Shown here: one piece after another, positions 1 to 13,960 of the stretch
Position numbering within the stretch: the stretch's first letter is position 1
Layout of the letters: each line of letters opens with the position of its first letter
Origin: Yuukianura sp. NJ FZ-2021
Taxonomy: Eukaryota
DNA: 64,000 nt
Direction: 5' to 3'
Assembly (NCBI GenBank): GCA_046563655.1
Contig: CM102283.1
Coordinates: 5,766,001 to 5,830,000 of the forward strand
Position numbers and translations under genes: made by a program
The notes under the pieces: model-generated
What the model saw: only the letters and a program-made list of their open reading frames with translations
Database searches by the model: none
Told to the model about the DNA's origin: nothing

Positions 1-178
1 TACGGGGACAACTTTTTTTTCGGAATCAGTGAAGTGTTGGTTAAGTTGTGTTAATTTTATTTTTAATTCAGGCAGTATTTATAATTCGTCATAAAAATCA
101 TTCGGGAGTGACAACTTGTTAAAATATTTGCTTTACGAAACTTGCAATTCTACTAATCTTAAGCATTGCATTTCTAAA

Positions 179-1535
179 ATGGCATCAAGAAAAGGGCGGG
201 GCATGGTGCGTGGGCTATCAGTTCGAAGTCGACCGCCGCCAAGTGCATCATCCAGTTCAGGAATTCAGCGACATAGGGCTGGTGGTGGCAGTGGAAATAG
301 TGAGCGCCATGGTGCAGGTCACCATCGTCACCATCATCATCACCGTTCTCCTGGAACGGACATTGAACAAGGAGGTCAAGGCATGCTGGGAAGAACTAAA
401 CTTAAAAACTGTTGTCGCTCTGTTGCTACTTTTATGTGTACACAAGTCGGTGTTGGGGGAGTGATTGTTGGATATGCCATTTGCGGAGCATTTGTGTTCA
501 TGGCACTGGAAACTGATGGAAATCCATTGGGAAATGCTGAGTATGACAGAATGAATCACAGTAGAACTTCGACTGTCAGTCACTTATTTGCAAACTACTC
601 TGCGTACCAATGGAACGAAACTGCTTGGGATATAGTGGCCAATGCAACATTGAAAGATTTCCAGGTACGTTTCATAATTTGTTGAAGTAATTAGATTTCC
701 TCTTTTGTTTTTGATCCGATAGTTGTGAATACTTCTAGGACCAAGTTGTGGATGCTGTGAAGAAAGGTTACGATGGACGTACAATTAAACAGAAATGGAA
801 CTTCCCAGCAGCCCTAATGTTTACACTTTCCATTTTTACCATGATTGGTTACGGTAACCTCGTTCCACGAACAGATTGGGGCAAAGTTGTTACCATCCTG
901 TACGCAGTTTTCGGCATTCCGTTGTACGTTCTCTACTTTCTGAACATGGGCCGAGCTCTGGCGCGAGCTTTCAAGTGGGTCTACATCAAACTTAGCACTT
1001 GTCAATTCGGTAAGTATCTATCAATATTACAAAAATACTTGTTCAACTTCGTGAATTGATTGGTTCAATTTTAGGATCTCGAGGTTCATCAAGTTCCAGC
1101 GAATCTGACTCGAGTGAAGGCGTGACGATGCCTGCAACAGGTCAAGTTCGTGGAAGCCAGAAAATCGACTCCATAGTTGTACCGAGTACAGCTTCCCTTT
1201 ATGTCCTCATCTCATACATTGCAGTTGGGACGATAATGTTTGCAGAATGGGAAAACTGGGAGTATTTGAACTCAGTGTACTTTTGTGTCATCAGTTTGTG
1301 TAAAATTGGATTAGGGGATTTTGTGCCTGGAACGAGCATTGAAGCTGGAAATTCTGAACGAAATCAAATTAAGCTCGTGATTAACTTTATCTACTTGCTA
1401 CTAGGACTGGGTTTAGTGGCAATGTGTTACAATCTTCTACGGGAAGAAGTTTTAGCAAAATTGAAACAAATGAAGGCCGATGTGAATGACATTTTCCAAG
1501 TAGTTCGACGAGAGTGCAATTGTTGCGCTAAATAG
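179..1535 (+). CDS. Two-pore-domain (K2P/TWiK family) potassium channel; exons ~179-664, 739-1009, 1075-1535
   Basis: Four TM segments and two pore loops (FTMIGYGNLVP, SLCKIGLGDFVP), plus W(N)F..ALMF and WEYLNSVYF motifs. GT-AG introns join the ORFs 116..685, 748..1059 and 1056..1535 in frame. Confidence 0.93.
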
Positions 1536-1728
1536 GCTGAATTCATAGTCCCTTTTTTAAACATAACAGAACAATCTAAAGTTCATGTAGCTCTGGTGGA
1601 ATGCAAGCCAAAACAATCGAACTGAAAACTGTTGTGCCAAAACTTATAGTTTTATATCATTTCCTAACTGCGTCATTTTGTTTTTGAAGCATTTAATTAG
1701 ATACGGAAAGAGAAGACGTGCTATAGCG

Positions 1729-3296
1729 ATGGCAGATTCATCCTCTGGAGTGAACGGAACGAACATACCGAAACAGTCGGAAACTGACGGCAAAACCAAC
1801 GAGGTTGATCGAGAAAAACAAGCGTAAGTGAAATTCAGGCTTTGGATATTGTGCTGATGGTTGATTGATGATGATGATTGCTATAAAAAACTGTTTTTAT
1901 TCTAATTCCAGGTTAGTGGTTTCGAGTAACCAGTCGGCTGATACAATGCAAGAGGCGGACACGACGCTAGGAGTGAATCCTAGAGAACCGATAGCAAACA
2001 CGGAAGTGACTAGAAGCGAATCTACGATCAAAGTGAAACGCTACACGCATGTGTTTGGAACCGAAGGGAAAGCCAACGACGTCATCTACGCTGCTCCGCT
2101 GCAAAAGGAACACGTTCCTGGTGACGTCGAGTCTTCAACGCCAGATCGTGACCAGGATCGTGTCATGGTATTCTTTGGAGGTGATATGCAAGTAAGCTCT
2201 CTCGAATTTTGAAATTCCCGGGGAAGTATTTTTGAACTTCTGGTTTTTCAATTTGAATTTTTTTTTCAACCAGGATTTCCCAGAAGCAATGCAAATGTCT
2301 GCTACACAGCGCGAGCACTATCAATGGAATTTAGAGAACACAGCAGTTGTACTGCAAAAACAGTTTCCAGATCGTCATATTCTTGTCATCCGTCCAACCT
2401 TCATGCAGGATAAGACGTTTAGCTGCTTTGACAATTTTCTATCAACGCTTGGATTTGGGAATCCTGAGTATACGCCTTTCCATGGGGCTCTCCTGCACCT
2501 TCGACGATTGTTGACCGAACTTTCTCGACGGATCAACCAAGACCGTGAAGTAGCTTTAGCAGGAGAAGACAAATCGATCAGTTCTACATCGGGAGTTGCG
2601 AGTCATAACGGGAGGAATTCACATAAGAAGTTTAAACATGTAAATTTTGCACGGGGGAACATCAGTTTAGTGGGATTTAGCAAAGGCTGTGTCGTTCTCA
2701 ATCAATTCTTGTACGAATTCCATTACCTCAAGGTAAGTTTTGGATATTCATAACAATGTTACTTTGCAACATTGAATTGACCTTATTTAGTTGACCTTTG
2801 TGCTGAATGTTTGCAGACATTAACGCCGGATGATGATACCTTTGAAGATTTCCTAAGCTGCTTATGTGATATGTACTGGTTGGATGGCGGACACAGTGGC
2901 GGGAAAAACACATGGATCACTGCCCGTTCACTGCTGGAAACACTGAGTCGTCTTAAAATCAACGTTCACGTACATGTTACACCGTATCAAGTTTCCGATG
3001 ACCTTCGACCTCACATTGGACGTGAAGAAAAGCTGTTTTCCGAATCACTCAAAAACTCTGGTGCTCCAATCCAGCGATACGTCCATTTCGAAAGTGTCCC
3101 TCCCTCTCTGGCAAATCATTTTCAAGTGATAGCAGAATTTGGATCTCCCACTGTGCCCAATACTTTTGAAAATGATGACTGGGATGGAGAGGACTTGGAC
3201 AATGACAAGAACGGAAGTGGGCAGTATCATGTAGACGATCTCATGGCTCCAACTGATTACAATGACAATGAAGAGGAAGAAGATGAAGGAAACTAA
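1729..3296 (+). CDS. C2orf69: C2orf69/UPF0565-like protein (4 exons)
   Basis: Motifs VFFGGDMQDF, YQWNLENTA..L, FSCFDNF, LVGFSKGCVVLNQ, MYWLDGGHSGG, VHVHVTPYQV..RPHIGREE and SLANHFQVI. Canonical splice sites. Confidence 0.9.
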
Positions 3297-4732
3297 CAGG
3301 AGCTGGATCAGATCTGGTCACTATTCTATCTCAGAGTCAAGACTCAAATTTAATTTCCCAGTGCCGATTAATAATTTAAAGGTGAAGTTAATTAGCTAAA
3401 GTTGGTCTAAACTTAAAGTTACGCATAGTTAATCTAATTGAATTGAACACAATGAACTTAAGTTTTCCCTTAGGAGAATTATTTACTAAGTTCCTAAAAA
3501 TTAATTTAAAATTTTGAAAATTTTCTTCCGAATTCTCAAATTGATTTCAAAGAGTTTATATTTATCTTCCTTTTGTTACAATTTTTAGGGCTCGTAGAAT
3601 CTTTATTATTACGATTCCGTAGTTTTCAATTATACAGATCTTGTGTCATGCTTAATAATTAAATTAATTGTTAATTAGATTAATTGTTAATTAAATTAAT
3701 TATTAATCAGGATGATATTTCCCTGTGGATTATGCCTTGAACTAATAATTGATGGATGAGTGTATAAATGTGTTTTGTTGATGAGAGATCGGGAGTATCG
3801 TGAGTAGGCATTAATTTGTGTGACGTATTTTTAGGAATCCTATTCTAGTGTAAATTTAATCTCCATTTGGATTCATAAATTGAACAAAAGGAGAGAGGAA
3901 TTGCTTTTATGGAGGTTTCACCTGTTGCAGCAGGCGTAGCTAACTACAGGAACGGCGAATTAATCATCGCCTTGCGTTCCTGTCATCATCATCGTTTCAA
4001 AAATCCATTCACAAGTTTAACAATAAGCTCACATTTAGTTTTTTTGGTTTTAGTTGATCGACATGGACACAAACGCACGTACACTAGCACTAAAAAGCTT
4101 AAGGTCGAGAATTCGTATTACGTTACGTTAGGTATAATGTTAGGTACGTGTGTTCTACCTGCTGCGCAAATACTCAAATATTGAAGATTTTGGTTTGCAA
4201 ATCCAATGGAGGAACTATTTCAGGTTGACATGTTAAGTAGTTTTCGTTAGCCAGTGGATTTGGCTTTGCAATTTCCAAGTGGCGCAAGTTGGACTCCAAA
4301 TGTGCATTTTACGTAACTTAAATGGCGAAATTTGTGCATTTTACGTACTTAGTTTACGAAATTTGGAAGTCAGAAAAGTTTTAACGGCGTCATACATAGC
4401 CGGATATGTGACCAGGAAAAATATTTTTGTCGGACGGTACTAACATTTCAGTATTTCGGTGCTGCTATTATACACAATGACACTGACAATACTATATAAA
4501 CCACAATCAGTGTTAAGGAAAGCCAACTTCCTTCTCCAGTGCGGTAAGCTTTTTGCTAAAAATTTCTCGGTTTGAAGGAAATTCCGTCCTAGCATCCCTG
4601 AAACATTTTTTCTTACAAGTTCCTCCGTAAAGTTTGTGGTAATTTTGCAAACTTTTAAAAAGGATTCTGTTTTGTTCCAATTTTTCATGGTATTGTGAAT
4701 TGTTTGTGTTGGTGAGGTGACCTAGAATCAAA

Positions 4733-7700
4733 ATGAGTGAATCCAATGTGCGTCGAACGTCGTTGCAAAAGCGGTTTAGTGTTGGACCGGAGAATGCCGA
4801 TGGACTTGTGATTCTGCGCAGAAAGGGGTCAGTTGACCCCTGCGCTGACCTGACCTCATCCGGCGGTACAAATAGGCCTGGTGACCGTGTGTCCAAAGTT
4901 GACTCAGTTTCGTGTGATGTCATGTCTGGTGAACCTATTAGAATGATGGGCTACATGGAGAAACGTTCAAAACTTGTGAGTCACAAATGCATAAAAGTTA
5001 TTCATGAGGTCACCAATTCCTTCAGTAACTATGCTACTTTGGTTAAGAAAACTTTGCAAAGCAATGGTCGACATGTTTATTATGAAATGACTAATTTTTT
5101 TAGGTGAATTTGGAGGTGTTTTCTCACGAAACGTTACAGCTTTAAAGAATTTTGAAAAATGGATTCCCTTCCGTTTTGCCCTTGAATTTTCGTTGAAACT
5201 TTCTACTTTTTAAATTTAACTTTTCCTGGGTATGCACAAAAAACAGCAAATTCAGCAGAATTTTTCATTTTTGTTTATGCTTTAAGAAGAATATTCTTTG
5301 GATATAAGTTCTGCAGACGGAAAACAGAGGAAGTCATAACTAAATTTCCAAAAGCCAGAGGCGTTCTTCTAGTTTACATTTTAAAAAGTGAACAAAAGCA
5401 AAACCAGATTTTTTTAATACAGAAGCCACATGTTGTGCTAAGAAATTAAAATTTTGAAAATTAAAGCCTAATTGTAGATCTTGATCAAATTAGAACAAAA
5501 ACTGAAAGCCTAGTGGGGGTGAGAGATCAAACTGAATAAAAAAAAGTTTAAAACTCACAGACTATTGTTTTTTGGTTCTTTTTTTCGTGTCTCCAGTTTT
5601 TTTTAATAACGGCTTCATGGCCGATTCGAGTTTATTATTGGAGTTCATTATATAACTTTTGTGTTTTTTCTTCTATAGAATGCGGTCCAGATTTCAGATT
5701 TGTTATGCATTTTAATTTTAGGAAAACCTTGAACGCGTCTGTCTAAAATTGTAAAATATGTTTCATGTGTGGTTTTGATTTTTGTCTCTTTTTGTTTCAG
5801 TTGGGCTGGAAAAAGTTTTGGTTTGTTCTGGACGGACATTTGTTGACATACTTCAAATCCAAAGCAGACTACGAAACGCTGTCTCCATTTGCTGGCTCAA
5901 TTACACTCGGAAATGTATCTACTGTCCGCCCCATCCAGATCAAAAACTGCAAAGGATTCCCCATGCAAATAGTCTCACGAAATCAAGTCTACTATTTGGT
6001 AAGTCAATTTGATAAGCAGTTTGGTTAGGTCAAACGCTAGGTCGAAGGTTAAAGTTAGTCAAATCGTACACTCAACCTTGTTTTGTACGTTTTGCAGAGA
6101 TGTCCGGAAAAAACTGTTCTGGAAGAATGGGTTCTCGCTTTGCAAGAAACAATTTCAATTCCGCCGTCAATTTCTAGTCCAGTTTGGGCTGATCCCGGAG
6201 CCCAATTTTACCGATACTCGTTTGCCGCAGTTTCTGATTGGGTACGTTTCAAATTTTCTGAAATAATTACGTGAAAAAACTTCAAATTTTCATTTTAGTT
6301 TTTGGTTTTAGTCAGTTGCAGATTCTCAAGGCGACATTTCCGGATCTCTAAGCAATTTACCGAAGAATTTCTACCTGAAACGTGACAAAACCGAACAGTA
6401 TCCCCCATTGAAACAAAAGTGTCAAAGTTTTACAAATCTTCCAACCGAAACTAGTTTTCCACATCCAGATTCCCCGAGTGCTTCCAACAGAAGTATTTGT
6501 TCAGCCATGTCCAGTGGGCGCCAAGATCCAAAAATGCGTTACTCCGCGTCGCTGGTTCAACTGGAATCTTCTGCCCAAGCATCCGAACTCAAACGGGAAC
6601 TTGCATCAAAGCTCTCCATTGGCCACATTTCCCCAAGCTCAATTCGTGACAAACAGCAACTGGAGAAAATCAAACTCAAAATTTCTGATGAAGGAAGTCT
6701 CAAAAACAAATTCGGGTCGAATGTCTCCAGCGACTCGTCAGTTAAAGAAGACCAACAACCTCCTTCAAGAATCAGTGAATTTCTGAGCGCCAATTTCAAA
6801 AGTACTGGAGCAGAAACGCCGCGAGCCACAAGTGCTTTGGCTGCAATTGCTGAAGGATTTGAACCAAACCTGAAACGTCGTCCTCACACTCTGCAGCTCC
6901 ACTCCACTAATAACGAAAGTGAAGAATTCAGAAATTTGAAAAAGAAAAAAGGAATTGGAAATTTACTGCAACGAATTTTTAAAAAAGAGTTGGATCAATC
7001 GTCAACAACGAAGAAACGACAGGATCGTGGCATGGTCATTTCCAGTCCAGTGGATCTTCGTGCGCAGTCGCAAATTATACTGCCGGACAAACTAACTCCC
7101 TCCCCTCCAAAATCGAATTCGCCGCCAATTTTTGAACCACATTTTCCATCTAAAGGAGTTCCAATTCCCAAATCCAGTCAATTCATCAGCGAACTCAGGA
7201 AAGTTCAGCGTCGTCGCAGTTCATCCGAAGATGAACCAATGACACCCGAGACTCCGCCCACTTCACCAGTAGTGCCTCCAACACCTCCACCGAAGACTGT
7301 TGACGACAACTTGAGTTACAACGAGAAGTTGGCCAAGTTCAATCGACTTTCGGCACAACTCGGTGCGATCCAGTTGAGTCCAACTTCTGGAGGTGGCATT
7401 AGTCGCTCTACATCTTGCCGTGTCAAAAGTTATGACGAAGATGAACCACCGCCACTTCTGCCACCCAAGAAAAGTACTTTAGAACGAAAAGAGAAACTGC
7501 CTTCGGCGTATGATACACCTAAAAACAACCAACCTGTCACAGGAGGAACACCGCTGGATGACGGTTCAATGATCTTCATCCCACAGTTAGCTACTGGATC
7601 GGTTCCCCGGGAACGAAAAATTTCTCTGAGCAAGCTTCTGTGCAAAAAGAATTCTGCTCCGGAGATCACCGTTGGTCCAGACATTTTTAGCCCAAAGGAA

Positions 7701-8377
7701 GGTGAAAATCGTCAGTCGACTGAAGTTACTGAAATTTCAAATCCAGAGGTCAAGTCAGGTCATTCAGAAAAAAATCGAAAAAGTGAACGTACGCGTTTTA
7801 GTTTTGAATCCCCAGCTGAAAATGTAGTTGATACTTGTTCAAATACTTCCGAAGATTGGAAATCACCCTCTGAAATTGCAATTGAAGAACAGTATTACTC
7901 AACTGTTTCGCCTGAAGCCATCTACGAAGAAATCAAGTACGCCACGCAAGAAACGATTTTAGAAGAACTCGAAACGGTAACTTTAAATTTTGAGTTCTAA
8001 ATTGAATTTCAAAAAATTTCCAGTAATCTTCTAAAAAAACAGAAATGTTTGGCCAAAATACAAAAACAGTTTAAACTTTTGACGAACAGGTTCAGGAGTA
8101 CGGCGAGGAGGATGACGAACTTTATGACGAATTCGTGACACCAATGACGACTTATGAAACAAAACCGGACATTGATCCGAGTTCGCAAAGTCCGGTACAC
8201 GACTATAACAATGTTCGGTTCTCCGGAATGGCTGCGTTACAGCAGTACTTGGACGAAGAAGTTACAAACGACGCGAGTAATTCTCTTCTCTCAAAAGTTT
8301 CTGACACGGGAGATGCTGCCGTAAACCGACTCGGCAGAAGCTTAGCTGTACATAAGTTGGAAACACTTTTGAAATAA
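4733..8377 (+). CDS. PH-domain protein with long Ser/Pro-rich disordered tail (adaptor-like); exons ~4733-4976, 5801-5998, 6099-6241, 6312-7976, 8090-8377
   Basis: PH motifs MMGYMEKRSK-LGWKKFWFVLDGHLLTYFKSK...GSITL...YYL...EEWVLALQ assembled across exons, and the exon phases are consistent. Confidence 0.85.
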
Positions 8378-8489
8378 ATTTGCATTAATTTTGGACAAAA
8401 CGATTAATGACTTTTCCGAATTCGAAAAACCTTGGATAGAATGATCAACGTGTACATAAGTAAAAACTGTATTTATTTTTAATTTATAG

Positions 8490-11403
8490 TTACTTTCTTT
8501 TAGATCCACCACCTCCGAAGCTACGTTTGTTTCCCTTCTTTCCTTTTCTGGAATTGTGTTTCTTCTGTTTGGCTTCTTTAATACGTCGGTTTTTCAAAAT
8601 GTCTTCCGGTTTCTTAATTTCAGTACGGAACGGCTTCTTCTTTTCCCGCTTCCCACCAGCATGAGATGATTGTGCTCCGCCGCGACGATGTTGGAATTTA
8701 TTGCTGTTATCTTTCTTATGGAATTGCCGCTGTCCACCTTCACCATCACTTCCACTGTCGTCTTGGTGGTCCACTTTGCTCTTGTTCTTCCAAGCGGCGT
8801 AACGATTACTTTTATAGGACGCTGAAATCCAAGCACCAGATTCGGTTTTGATTTTCTTCACTGGCGGCCCATCCTAACATACAAAGAAAAGAGGATTGAT
8901 GCATAAAAATAAGAAAAAATTATAACAGTTTGAAGTGTCAACTCACCTTAGTTGTACCGACGAACTTTTTCTTTTTACTGTCCCACTTCGTGTAAGAACG
9001 TTGTTGTTTGAGAACGTCAACGTCGTCTCCGGTTAAATCCATCATTGAATTTTGAATCTGCTTAGTAAAACTTGCGTCGGGCCCTACCGAAAGCCTAGGT
9101 ATCACAAATATTGGTCAATGCAAGAAAAAAAATTGATTGGTTCTAGCATTATACTGAAATAGCTTACCCTAATTCTGTGTGGTAATCGGATGGTAAATAA
9201 TTTATAAAATTCTCCGTGTCTTTCTGAACTGGTGCCGTAACTGCAGTGTTCGTAGTTGCCTCATTCAGGCGCTCTTCGTCCTTACCACGCTGCCTAAACT
9301 TTGCAATGATAGCTTGGTCTCGTAATCGCTTCTCTTTCATGATCTCACCACTTTCTGTGTGAGTGTTTGAGCTTCCTTTCTTGGCTGTTCCAATTTCAAA
9401 AATTGTCTAAAATAGAACAACATTGGCGTAAACACAATGGTAAGACGATTAAAATGGAAAGTGTAAAGAACTAACGCTCTTGGGTCTGAAAGTTTGCATT
9501 TGAGATATAAGGGTGTTGAGAGGGTCTGGTTTGTAATTTGGAAACATCCTTGGATGTACTGGAAGGCTGGATATCAGAACTCCTTTAGCACGTCTGTTAC
9601 TCTCAACGGAAGCTGCTGGCCGACTTTTGATGTACTGGAGGTAGCCGTTCTTACTTACTTTTGCAAGTTTTTCCTAAAATAAGAAAAATGAAGAATTAGA
9701 GTAATACTAACACATAAATTCGTAAGAGGAGAACTCGTACCATGTCAGAATTTGTTGAATTTTTCAATAAGTTGGACAACGAATTTGCTTCGTTGTCAAT
9801 ATGTTCTTGCGGAACACGTCCAAGAATGTCGACATTCATGTTGTCCTTGTCAATAGTAAAAGTCAGTGGTTTAGAAAGAAATAGGTGCAAATCTATGAGG
9901 TATGCGATTTCATCTGGCGACACTATGGAGTACGAATTTCCAAACTGTCCGGCTCTTGCCACACGACCTGTTAGGCACAAACATGGTTGCACATTAGACG
10001 ACCTTGTATAGGGCATCAATTTAATCTAGTGAGGGCATCAAGGTTTCTATTTGTTTATTTACCGACTCGATGCATGAAAAGTTTTGCCTTGGAGGGGAAG
10101 TGGAAGTTGATGACATTATCCAAGAGTGGAATATCCAGTCCACGCGCTGCTAAGTCTGTGACAATCAGTATATTGGCGCGTCGGCATCGAAACTTATCGA
10201 ACGAGATCTTCCGAGCACTTGGATCCAAGCCAGAGTAAATATAGGTGTTTGGGATATCCATTCCATCCAGAATCTGGCAATGTAAAGCAATTTCTTCAAG
10301 ATCAACTAATAAGTGAAAGATTTTAAAGTTAAACAACATACCGCATGAAGATAGTCGACATGATACTTCGTAGCCACAAAAATTATCGTTTGTTCATACT
10401 TTATGTCAATCACATTCCGCAATAAATACATTAGATGGGTAATTTTATCTTCCGAGCGAGAAGCCAAATAAGTCAGGTTCAGATTTTCTGGAAGTTTTGT
10501 TTCAGTATCTAATCTGAAATTGCAGAAAAGAAGTTACATTATAAAGTGCCAATTGGCCCCACGAAAGAAAGATGCTGCTCAAATACTTACCTAATCAATG
10601 TTGGGTCGGTGAGTCCGGCTTGTGTGAACTCCACTAGAAGTTTCGGCATTGTAGCAGAGAATAGAATTGTTTGTCGGTTCAAGGGAAGTCTTTGAATGAT
10701 TTCATTTACTTGAATCCCAAATCCCATTTCAAATAGTCGATCTGCTTCGTCGAAGATGATGGTGTGTACACCGTTTAGCTTTAGCTCCATTTCAACACAG
10801 AGATGCATGAACCGTCCTGGTGTGGCGATTACAATATGAGGCTTGGAATGAAGAAGTTCGAATTGAGAGTCCATAGAATCTCCTCCAAGGATTGTAATAG
10901 TGTTGACCGGTGGGTTCAAATGCCGACTCAAATCTTTCGCAAACTTGAAAGTTTGAAGAGCCAATTCACGTGTCGGAGAAAGGATAATGGCATTTGGGTA
11001 AGCAGACCCTTTACTGTTAGAACCAATTTCAATTGTCTGTTGGGCTTGACAAATTTTCTCCAGTAATGGTATAAGGAACGCTGCAGTTTTGCCACTTCCG
11101 GTACGAGCCATGGCCACAACATCTTTTCCGGACAGCAAAAGTGGAATTGTCTAGAAAACAAAACAAAAGTATTTCTTTACACTTATTTTGAAAGTGGAGA
11201 ATTTGATAAACGCAGCTCACCTTTCGCTGAATAGGTGTTGGTACTTGATAGCCACGTTTCAGAATACCTTTCAACACATTGAAGCTCAATCCCATTCCTT
11301 GGAAGCCACCGCTGGAAACCTTATTAGACTTCTTTTTCTTGCCTTTCTTGGTCGACTGATCGTCATCACCGCCAAAATCTATTGTCTCTTCTTCACGATC
11401 CAT
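8490..11403 (-). CDS. DDX54: ATP-dependent DEAD-box RNA helicase DDX54/Dbp10 (multi-exon)
   Basis: [10 protein letters not shown]...[63 protein letters not shown] and the C-terminal [20 protein letters not shown] signature. Confidence 0.95.
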
Positions 11404-12396
11404 CCCTGAAATTGAAATAACGTGGATGAGGTTATCAAATTGTAATGTCGCAATTTGTTGCAACCTAAAACTTATGGACCGCGACGGTGAGGGTACCTGT
11501 TTTGTGATTGACGAATAAAGTAAGTATACGGTACTTTAAGTTACGGAGACCTAAAGTAAAGTAAAGATTGTTTGACAGTAGTGTTCTTTATGACAAGCAG
11601 CTTACTGTCGGTCTCGGTCACCAGCACTGTTTAACCCTAAACCGAAACTGAACAAACAAAATTCAACTGGCAATTAATTGGGCAACTCTGCTTCACAAAG
11701 GTCAAAGGTGGCACACCAGACACCACATGTGGAGATCAGAAAAAAAAGTATATTCGCGCATTGGGGGATTCAAAAAATTCTCACGCTTAGTGCCCCGACT
11801 TTCGCAAAATGTGGGACATCACTGATTATTTCATTCACTAACAAGTCGTTTAAGGTTAAATATGCATAATATAACGTAACTACAAGTGTAGGAAACCATT
11901 TTAAGAATGTTAACTTTTAACTTTCAAGTTTAGTTACGTTGAATTGAGATGCTGCGGAGAATTTCGAATATGCATGTTTACACGCGCTAGTCTATAAGCA
12001 AGGAAATAAGGTAGTAATTTTTATTACAATTGTGTAGTCCCAACGAAGAAGGGCGTACCTCGGATTTTGAAATTTTTTTTCCCTTGGAGACGAGAAAAGT
12101 AAATAAATTTCGCCAAAACTCGGAATCAAAAATGTCCGCAGATTTCGATTTCAAAAATGCAATTAGAAATCGCCTTAACAAAGTATCGATGGTGCAAGTA
12201 ACTTGTTTTATCATAAACACTTCGTATTTAGCAAAGTAGCAAAAGTGCACAGTATTTTTTCATTGTATTCACAAAAACCTTGAATATTCCTGAAATAGTT
12301 TCGCACCCTCATTAAGCTGTTGCAACTGCTTTGAAAATTTTCAATTGACATTGACGAAAGGAACTGAAAATTATTTAATGCAAGCCAATTTGTTCA

Positions 12397-12567
<171 letters not shown>

Positions 12568-12633
12568 CTAACCTAATTTAAATAAATTAAATTGAATTAA
12601 AGTAAATTAATTATAATATAATTAATTATAATA

Positions 12634-13490
12634 AAGACTTTTATGGATTAGACTTTTATGGATTAGATTTTTATGGATCAGACTTTCATGGATTAGATTT
12701 TTATGGATTAGACTTTTATAGATTAGATTTTTCTGGATTAGATTTTTCTGGATTAGATTTTTATGGGTTAGATTTTTATGGATTAGATTTTTATGGATTA
12801 GATTTTTATGGATTAGATTTTTATGGGTTAGATTTTTATGGATTAGATTTTTATGGATCAGACTTTCATGGATTAGATTTTTATGGATTAGACTTTTATA
12901 GATTAGATTTTTCTGGATTAGATTTTTATGGGTTAGATTTTTATGGATTAGATTTTTATGGATTAGATTTTTATGGATTAGATTTTTATGGGTTAGATTT
13001 TTATGGATTAGATTTTTATGGGTTAGATTTTTATGGATTAGATTTTTATGGGTTAGATTTTTATGGATTAGATTTTTATGGATTAGATTTTTATGGATTA
13101 GATTTTTATGGATTAGATTTTTATGGATTAGATTTTTATGGGTTAGATTTTTATGGATTAGATTTTTATGGATTAGATTTTTATGGATTAGATTTTTATG
13201 GATTAGATTTTTATGGATTAGATTTTTATGGATTAGATTTTTATGGATTAGATTTTTATGGATTAGATTTTTATGGATTAGATTTTTATGGGTTAGATTT
13301 TTATGGATTAGATTTTCATGGGTTAGATTTTTATGGATTAGATTTTTATGGATTAGATTTTTATGGGTTAGATTTTTATGGGTTAGATTTTTATGGATTA
13401 GATTTTTATGGATTAGATTTTTATGGGTTAGATTTTTATGGATTAGATTTTTATGGATTAGATTTTTATGGATTAGATTTTTATGGGTTA
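12634..13490. repeat. 15-bp minisatellite, consensus GGATTAGATTTTTAT, ~57 copies
   Basis: Directly visible array with variants GGGTTA, GACTTT and TTTCTG. It produces the KNLIH-repeat ORF on the minus strand. Confidence 0.98.
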
Positions 13491-13960
13491 AATCGTGGTT
13501 TAAACCATAGATCATTTCTCTTAAACCTAGGCCATCCGGTTTCTGATAATTAACTCGGACAGACAGACAGACAGACATGAATAATATTATAATAATAGCG
13601 TCGCCATTAAAATAACTCTTAGCCCAACGAAAATACAACACAGCTCGCCCAAACAGAATGACACACAGACAGACACCCAAACATCATCACACGAATCTTT
13701 CGAAAAAAATTTCCGAGATGAATTCGGTAATTTCGGTGCCGACTCTTGTTAAATTTTGTTTACGTTTTTTCTTGGCAACGCAAGTCGTCATCGCGTTTTG
13801 AGGTACGCCATTCTTCGTCGGAGCTATAGAATTTTTAATTAAGCGTTTATTTAGATTTACATAACTACAACATTAAAACAAATACAGCTTAGAAGAGAGT
13901 ATCAATAAAAAACGCGCGATTATAAATATGAGTTAACATTAACGAGTTCCACTTCATTAC

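Noticed and set aside
3655-3710. AT-rich TTAATT tandem repeats
   Set aside because: Low-complexity slippage sequence with no evidence of function.
4300-4365. ~31-bp direct repeat TGTGCATTTTACGTA
   Set aside because: Only two degenerate copies; an ordinary local duplication.
12634-13490. CRISPR array or telomeric repeat
   Set aside because: No unique spacers or cas genes, and the context is eukaryotic. The unit is not TTAGG.
12622-13680. 352-aa KNLIH-repeat ORF
   Set aside because: By-product of a stop-free 15-bp minisatellite. It has a non-ATG start and no gene context.
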